IMG/VR virus record: IMGVR_UViG_3300029288_000092
Coordinates: 1 to 64,000 of that record
From: a virus
Taxonomy: Duplodnaviria > Caudoviricetes
Length of the DNA: 64,000 bases
Reading direction: 5' to 3' (one strand)
Shown here: piece after piece, positions 58,387 to 64,000 of the stretch
How the letters are laid out: every line of letters starts with the position of its first letter
Numbering within the stretch: position 1 is the first letter of the stretch
The notes under the pieces: generated by a model
Seen by the model: only the letters and a program-made list of their open reading frames with translations
What the model was told of the DNA's origin: nothing
The model's database searches: none
Translations under genes and position numbers: made by a program

Positions 58387-58872
58387 TTATTCTACGATTT
58401 CTCCATCTGCAACTTCGGGAGTTATATTAAGGCTCTCAGAAATAATACCACATTCTTCTGCTTCAACAGTTTCTATTTTTGTTACTTCTTCCTTTACATC
58501 TTCAACTGCTACTTCTTCTTCTGGTTTCTGTTCTTGATATATTGGAATTAGAAGATTTTCTTTTTCTCCAAGTTTCTTGACAAAATGATATTGTTTTCCT
58601 TCGATTTCATATCTAAGTTTAGACGCTACAAAAACAGATGATAATTCTCTCATGATACTAACCTTGTATGCATTTGCAAGATTTTTAATATGTTCCGTGA
58701 CATCATCATCCTTTAATAAAACGATAAAATCAATTAGTGCATATCCTTCATTTTTTTCATCCATTCGATAAGTAACTTTAGCTTTTACAATGGGATGTTT
58801 ATCACCCTCGTTTTCACTTTCAGACATAGCAACCATTGCAATTCCGGGTTCATCAATAAAACCAATAAGCAT
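58387..58872 (-). CDS. Hypothetical protein with acidic tail
   Basis: 161 aa; GGAGGT RBS. Confidence 0.7.
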   Translation of the reverse strand: MLIGFIDEPGIAMVAMSESENEGDKHPIVKAKVTYRMDEKNEGYALIDFIVLLKDDDVTEHIKNLANAYKVSIMRELSSVFVASKLRYEIEGKQYHFVKKLGEKENLLIPIYQEQKPEEEVAVEDVKEEVTKIETVEAEECGIISESLNITPEVADGEIVE

Positions 58873-59040
58873 TTCATAACCTCCATTTTTAATTAATTAT
58901 GGTTTCCCATTTTTATTTTGTTTATCTTTTGACAAACATCAAAAAAACATATGTTTTTTAATTATTATTTACTACATATATAAATTAAATGTGTATATTT
59001 CTTTTTTCAAAAACAAAAAAAAGAATGAGAGGGGGCCATC

Positions 59041-59541
59041 ATGATCAACGTGTATTTCTTTTCTCTCGGTATGAAAATTGGAGTTCCAGTATGGGGATAT
59101 CTTACATATCGTGGGTATGAAAGATACCACCCAACCCACATAAGACTGGCAAAAGAAAAAATCAAAAATATTAAACCCTATGTCATACAATTAGGAAATA
59201 AGATGAAAAATCGATGGAAAAAATATATCGGCAGTTTCAACAAGAACAGCAAAATCACATTTTTACTAAACACTGATGACGACAGGTTTACTTGTGAAAT
59301 TGTCGGGGACATATTCATATGCAATATCAATAAGAACAATGAAATTGACACATCAGAATTGAAATACACTTGTCTTCTTCCAACGGAAGAAAAGTATGAT
59401 AAACTGGTGTGGAACTTCGAAGCAATAAGAGACAGCATACATTTTGCTTTGGAGATGGTTTGTGATATTGATAAAGCATATGAGGTTATAAATGAAATGG
59501 GAAATACGATGAGAGAGGAGTTGAAAGTGTGGAAAGGTTAA
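59041..59541 (+). CDS. Hypothetical (early-type) protein
   Basis: GAGGGG RBS; CTACATATATA motif at 58972. Confidence 0.7.
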   Translation: MINVYFFSLGMKIGVPVWGYLTYRGYERYHPTHIRLAKEKIKNIKPYVIQLGNKMKNRWKKYIGSFNKNSKITFLLNTDDDRFTCEIVGDIFICNINKNNEIDTSELKYTCLLPTEEKYDKLVWNFEAIRDSIHFALEMVCDIDKAYEVINEMGNTMREELKVWKG

Positions 59542-59894
59542 AGGTAAAGTTATGCCTGATGCATATACAAAATATATGCAATCAGGTTTCTAAAAATTAT
59601 GGAATTCCAAACTTAGTAATAAAAGACGCTAAGTTTGAATTCTTTAATATTTTAAATAAAATATACATAAGAAGTTTATTAATTCAAGTCATAACTGATC
59701 GTGCGTTCAGCACTGTCAAATATGAAAACGAATTAAAAAAACTTTTTAAAGGTAGGTTATTTGTAGATATTCATTTTGATATCCGTCCGAGAAGGGATGT
59801 AATCAAAATTGGACATGAAACAAAAACCTACTATTTTAGTTTTTTAAAAAGTAGGAATTTTCTAAGTGTTCCTATCTTAGAAAAAATTAAATAG
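59529..59894 (+). CDS. Hypothetical protein
   Basis: GAGGAG RBS; terminator AATAGGTGTGG..CCACACCTATTTTTT at ~59890-59921. Confidence 0.65.
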   Translation: MERLKVKLCLMHIQNICNQVSKNYGIPNLVIKDAKFEFFNILNKIYIRSLLIQVITDRAFSTVKYENELKKLFKGRLFVDIHFDIRPRRDVIKIGHETKTYYFSFLKSRNFLSVPILEKIK

Positions 59895-59924
59895 GTGTGG
59901 GGTCGCCACACCTATTTTTTTGAT

Positions 59925-62900
59925 TTAAATATCAAGTTCTTCCAACCCAACAATTCTCATGTAATCCTCTGTTAATTCTAATGCTGGATTTATTTTTCTT
60001 TGCTCTGGTAAATTAGCATGCCCACTTATTAATATATCGGACAACATTTTTCTTTTCAATGCCATATCATCACTTGCTGGACCAAACAGTTCTCTTATAA
60101 TTTTATTTGCACCATATGCAGATAATACCCAGCTGTCCAGTTCTCCAACAGTTTGACCTTTCTCTTTATTTGCAGCAGACGGTTGTTTTGTTTTCTGCGA
60201 ATATGAACCTATAGATCTGACTGTTAATTTTTTTTCTGCCATATGTTCCAGTTTATGAATAAACATATATCCAACCGGAACTTCTCCATTTGTTTTCATA
60301 TCATATTCTGGAAGGAACAATTTATATTTTGTTTTCAATCCAAGAATTTTCATTGCTTCCATTATATCTCTGACTTTTGGTGCATCAAATGGTGGAACTA
60401 TTATTGGAAAGAATCTTTCATTCCTCATTTCTTGAAATTCTATTTCTGACATGCCGATTAAAGATGCCATCATTTCTTTTCTTATTCTCTTGTCAGCAGT
60501 ATTATCAAGATGAGCCATGACTTTGAATAATAATTTTGTAAAAGCGGACTTGCTAAGATTCTTTGCTTCATCTGATAATTTTTTTGATATTAACCCACAA
60601 TAAACTTCAAAAACTTGTCCCATGTTAATACGACTATAAATACCAAATGGGTTTAGAATAATATCTATTTTCTCTCCCCATGGTGTTACTGGCATTTTAT
60701 CATCATCTTCCATAAGAGTAATAACACCTTTATTTCCATATCTATTTGAAAGTTTATCTCCGTCCTTAATATCTTTTTCTGTTTCCACATAAACTTTTAT
60801 AAGTGTTCCATCAATTTTCTCACCACGAATAGTATATTGTCCTACCCTTTTTGGATCACCAAATTTATCAACCAATTTTGTCATTGTCGGATTTATACTC
60901 TTGTGATTACAGTATAATTCAACAGAATAAATTATTCCCTTATTGGATTTCAATGTTATTGTTTTTTCAGTGGTGATATCTAAATCTCCAAAATCTTCCA
61001 TCTCACCAAGCAATGGAACTATATTTTCTGGAACAAATTCAACAAGCACATGTCTATCTTCTATGTGTTTATCAATATCAATATCAAAATTGACCAATTC
61101 ATCTTTCTGGGACAAAAATATTTCAAATACCATTGAGTGTCTACTTGTCAACGCTTTTTCACTATACAACCCTTTTCTTATAACAACTCCATCTTCAAAA
61201 TTAGAACCCTTCCATTGCATAAAAGCACATAACAAATTTCTTCCAAGTGCAAGCTGACCATTTTTAAATAAATGATTAGATACTATAACCTGCCCAGATT
61301 TAACCTTATCTCCAAGTGCAACATCAGATTTTAATTCACTAACGCTATGAAAACTTTGTCCACTTCTAAGAACAACTCTTCCTATTTCAATTTCTTCTGT
61401 TTCCCCATTCTTATATTGAACCTTTATACTATTCTCATTTATCTCCACTATCTTGCCATCATCTTGAGCAGTGACTATAAATTCACCAGAACTATAATTT
61501 GCTATTAAAGATTCATATCCAGTCTGGACTGCAGGAACTTCATTATTTATAATCGGAAGAGATTGTTTCATCTGATTGGAAGCCATAATACATCTTGTTG
61601 GCTCATTGTTTTCTATAAATGGAATAAGAGATGTCGTCGGACTTAACATTCCAGTTTTTAAATTATCATCTATTTTTTTTATTACTAAATGTCCATATTT
61701 TGTTCTATAGTTTGCAGAATTTGTCAGCTGTTGAACCATACCAATTGCATCTGACTGTGGAGTATCAATTGGATCTATATTCCCAAAATATGTGGGGTGA
61801 ACTCCTCTCATTTCAAGCAATTCAGCATTAGCATCTATTCCACCAACTCCTCTGTATGTTACGCGAGTTATTGATGAGATTTGCTCCAGGGGATTAACAT
61901 ATTCCGCAGTCTGTGTCAATGATGATGTTAAAATGTCAGTCATGATTTTATTCTGATCAATTTCAAGTTTAACCGATTTATTCCTTAATTTTGTTTCCCC
62001 ATTATATCTGGAATATGCCAAATCAAAAACATTCTTAATAGCCATTGGAATAATTTCAGTACTTCTAACACGCATTTTACTGATATCATTTCTTGCTTGG
62101 AAATATCCTTCAATTAATTTTGGGATAACATATTTATAAATATCAATAATATTTGTTGGTTCATTATTTGACAAAAGAATTTCCTTTGTTTGTTTATCAA
62201 TAATATTTGCATGGACGGTTTGAATATTATATTTTGCATTCTTATTTCCAGTCAAAGCGGAAATGACATTATTCCATAAATACTTTCCATCTGAGAATTT
62301 GGAAGTATAATCCTTTAAACGTTTGAAATCATTTTTTAATACTTCCCATTCTGGTTTATTAAATATGATATTAATCGTAGTATCTTTTGTTTTTAATTTA
62401 ACTAATGAATTCTCGACATTATCTCGCGTTATCTGAATCCCAAAAACTTTATATAATCCTTCTTCACCGAATGCAGCTAAAAACCCAAGGATAAATGGCA
62501 TTTTCATTCCAGAACAAAACATACTAAAATATGGCTCTTTAAATGTTTTAAATTCTATCCTTATAGGAGCATATATTGAATGAATATAAACTGTGTGCGG
62601 CTTTGGAAAATAAATTGGATTAGCAACCAATTGATTGATCAAAACCTTTTTCATTCCATTAACATATATATAATTATTTTCAATAATGGCCGGAACTTTA
62701 AATTTGACAATCTGCAACTGACCATTTGCCAATTTTAATTTTGCAGTATACTGGACAAAAACACTTTTAAAAACTTCAGTTGGCGCACTGGTAATAACCT
62801 CTTTCTTTATATCCATCAGTTTAACCGGGATATCATTATCCTTATATGAATTTAAAATTTCAGTTATATATTCATCCTGAAGTTGCGTCACTTCATTTAT

Positions 62901-63998
62901 TCTTTTAACCATCACGTTATTTAATAACTGATTATTGTGTATTTTTTTAATATCCATATTTTTGACAAGTGGATGCTTGGATCTATTTTTTATATCCATA
63001 GATGGCAATATAAATTCTTTTGTTTTTTCTATAACTTTCTTAGCTCCATGTTTAGAAATAGCTTTTTTATTTGTAGAATCATCAGTATTGAAAACATGCT
63101 TCAACACTTCAGCAGCTAATTCTTCATCAGTCTCAATATGTTTAAATTCTTCTTTTGTTTTACCACTTGTAATATTTGATCTGATAACTTCTTTTGCGGT
63201 GGAAATATCCAATTTATCATCTTTTCTAAAATTTTCATTACTCTTATTAACATTCCCATCTGTTTTTGATGTTTCTGCTTTAACTTCAATTTCACTTGTA
63301 GTTGGTGTCATTTCTGTTTCTTTCTGATCTGGCAACTCTTTGTTAACTTCCTCAGCTGGTTTTTCAGCAGCAATTTCTTCTTCAAATTTCATGTTTCTTA
63401 AATATGCCATTAATTTTCCAAGATTAAATCTTTTGTCACCTTTCCTATAAATCATTCTATATGTGACCGTATCATATTCTTCATTAAGCAAAAACATATC
63501 ATCAAAATAATTTGATCCCATTTGAATTTGTTTTAATAAAGGATATATTCTCCGTTTAAAAATATTTTTATCAAATGGCAATTTATTATTGAAATGATAA
63601 AAGATAGTAACTTTATATCCTTGATTTTTAAATTCTTTTGCAAAATCATTTAGAATATTGCTCAGCATCATAAATGGAACTTTCTGCCTCAGATCAGGAT
63701 ATTTATTTTGCAATATTTCCATCCATGGATTAAAATCGAAATAAAACGGTCTGTTCAATCCTAATATTTTTTCCTTTGTCATAAATGGAAATAATTTATA
63801 TGCTGCCCTAATATTTTGTAAATCACTGCCTTTTGGAAACATTCTTATAAATTTATATACAAATCTTGGTAATAATAAATTTCTTACGAACATTACCGGA
63901 ATATTTATTTTTGGAAATACATCCAAAAATGATTTGTTATTTTCAGATATATATATTATCGCAATCTTATCTCTTGGTGTGATATAAACCTTTTTATC
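59925..63998 (-). CDS. rpoB: Phage multisubunit RNA polymerase beta subunit with N-terminal extension (5'-partial)
   Basis: RGVHPTYFG.IDP.DTP, MASNQMKQ, LALGRNL, NFEDG, GDKLSNRYGNKGVI, ILNP.G..SR.N.GQ, KLEHM..K...RS.G.YS..T.QP, GQ.VGE. The frame stays open from 63926 to the window end. Confidence 0.95.
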   Translation of the reverse strand, partial: DKKVYITPRDKIAIIYISENNKSFLDVFPKINIPVMFVRNLLLPRFVYKFIRMFPKGSDLQNIRAAYKLFPFMTKEKILGLNRPFYFDFNPWMEILQNKYPDLRQKVPFMMLSNILNDFAKEFKNQGYKVTIFYHFNNKLPFDKNIFKRRIYPLLKQIQMGSNYFDDMFLLNEEYDTVTYRMIYRKGDKRFNLGKLMAYLRNMKFEEEIAAEKPAEEVNKELPDQKETEMTPTTSEIEVKAETSKTDGNVNKSNENFRKDDKLDISTAKEVIRSNITSGKTKEEFKHIETDEELAAEVLKHVFNTDDSTNKKAISKHGAKKVIEKTKEFILPSMDIKNRSKHPLVKNMDIKKIHNNQLLNNVMVKRINEVTQLQDEYITEILNSYKDNDIPVKLMDIKKEVITSAPTEVFKSVFVQYTAKLKLANGQLQIVKFKVPAIIENNYIYVNGMKKVLINQLVANPIYFPKPHTVYIHSIYAPIRIEFKTFKEPYFSMFCSGMKMPFILGFLAAFGEEGLYKVFGIQITRDNVENSLVKLKTKDTTINIIFNKPEWEVLKNDFKRLKDYTSKFSDGKYLWNNVISALTGNKNAKYNIQTVHANIIDKQTKEILLSNNEPTNIIDIYKYVIPKLIEGYFQARNDISKMRVRSTEIIPMAIKNVFDLAYSRYNGETKLRNKSVKLEIDQNKIMTDILTSSLTQTAEYVNPLEQISSITRVTYRGVGGIDANAELLEMRGVHPTYFGNIDPIDTPQSDAIGMVQQLTNSANYRTKYGHLVIKKIDDNLKTGMLSPTTSLIPFIENNEPTRCIMASNQMKQSLPIINNEVPAVQTGYESLIANYSSGEFIVTAQDDGKIVEINENSIKVQYKNGETEEIEIGRVVLRSGQSFHSVSELKSDVALGDKVKSGQVIVSNHLFKNGQLALGRNLLCAFMQWKGSNFEDGVVIRKGLYSEKALTSRHSMVFEIFLSQKDELVNFDIDIDKHIEDRHVLVEFVPENIVPLLGEMEDFGDLDITTEKTITLKSNKGIIYSVELYCNHKSINPTMTKLVDKFGDPKRVGQYTIRGEKIDGTLIKVYVETEKDIKDGDKLSNRYGNKGVITLMEDDDKMPVTPWGEKIDIILNPFGIYSRINMGQVFEVYCGLISKKLSDEAKNLSKSAFTKLLFKVMAHLDNTADKRIRKEMMASLIGMSEIEFQEMRNERFFPIIVPPFDAPKVRDIMEAMKILGLKTKYKLFLPEYDMKTNGEVPVGYMFIHKLEHMAEKKLTVRSIGSYSQKTKQPSAANKEKGQTVGELDSWVLSAYGANKIIRELFGPASDDMALKRKMLSDILISGHANLPEQRKINPALELTEDYMRIVGLEELDI

Positions 63999-64000
63999 TG

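Noticed and set aside
54-63327. Numerous short ORFs antisense to or nested in long genes (e.g. 684..1178, 5382..5882, 15125..15541, 62935..63327)
   Set aside because: Shadow frames of the real genes, with no RBS or recognisable motifs.

Overview
AT-rich segment of a jumbo myophage genome; no host genes are evident. Most of the minus strand is a virion/late block. It includes a tail sheath, putative baseplate proteins, a tape-measure candidate, a T4-type terminase large subunit, two fibronectin-III proteins, six large fibre proteins, an Asp-box propeller adhesin, a GT9 glycosyltransferase, a GNAT, a C92 amidase and an HEXXH peptidase. It also carries ThyX, RuvC, a metallophosphoesterase, an Hc1-like protein, a small PolB-like polypeptide and an unsplit RNA polymerase beta subunit that runs off the window end. 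Short plus-strand islands are interspersed. They start at a TACATATAT motif, while minus-strand operons start at a GAACAAAAATAAAT motif, and the two are often back to back. Two non-autonomous IS200/IS605 (TnpB) elements have recognisable ends. Most notable observations: (1) two densely base-paired ORF-free regions (~10190-10520, with a perfect 7-nt loop-loop match, and ~52095-52556, between a phiEco32-type amidoligase and a glutamine amidotransferase) that look like large structured RNAs; (2) two fibres with Cys replacing Thr/Asn/Gly relative to Cys-free paralogous modules, in a block that also encodes a GT9; (3) fibres built from shared N-terminal, capsid-cement-like and DUF2793-like modules, one of which is also inserted in the sheath; (4) a TnpB lacking the catalytic Glu, preceded by a stub of a different TnpB. 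All family calls come from motif recognition by eye; no database searches were run.
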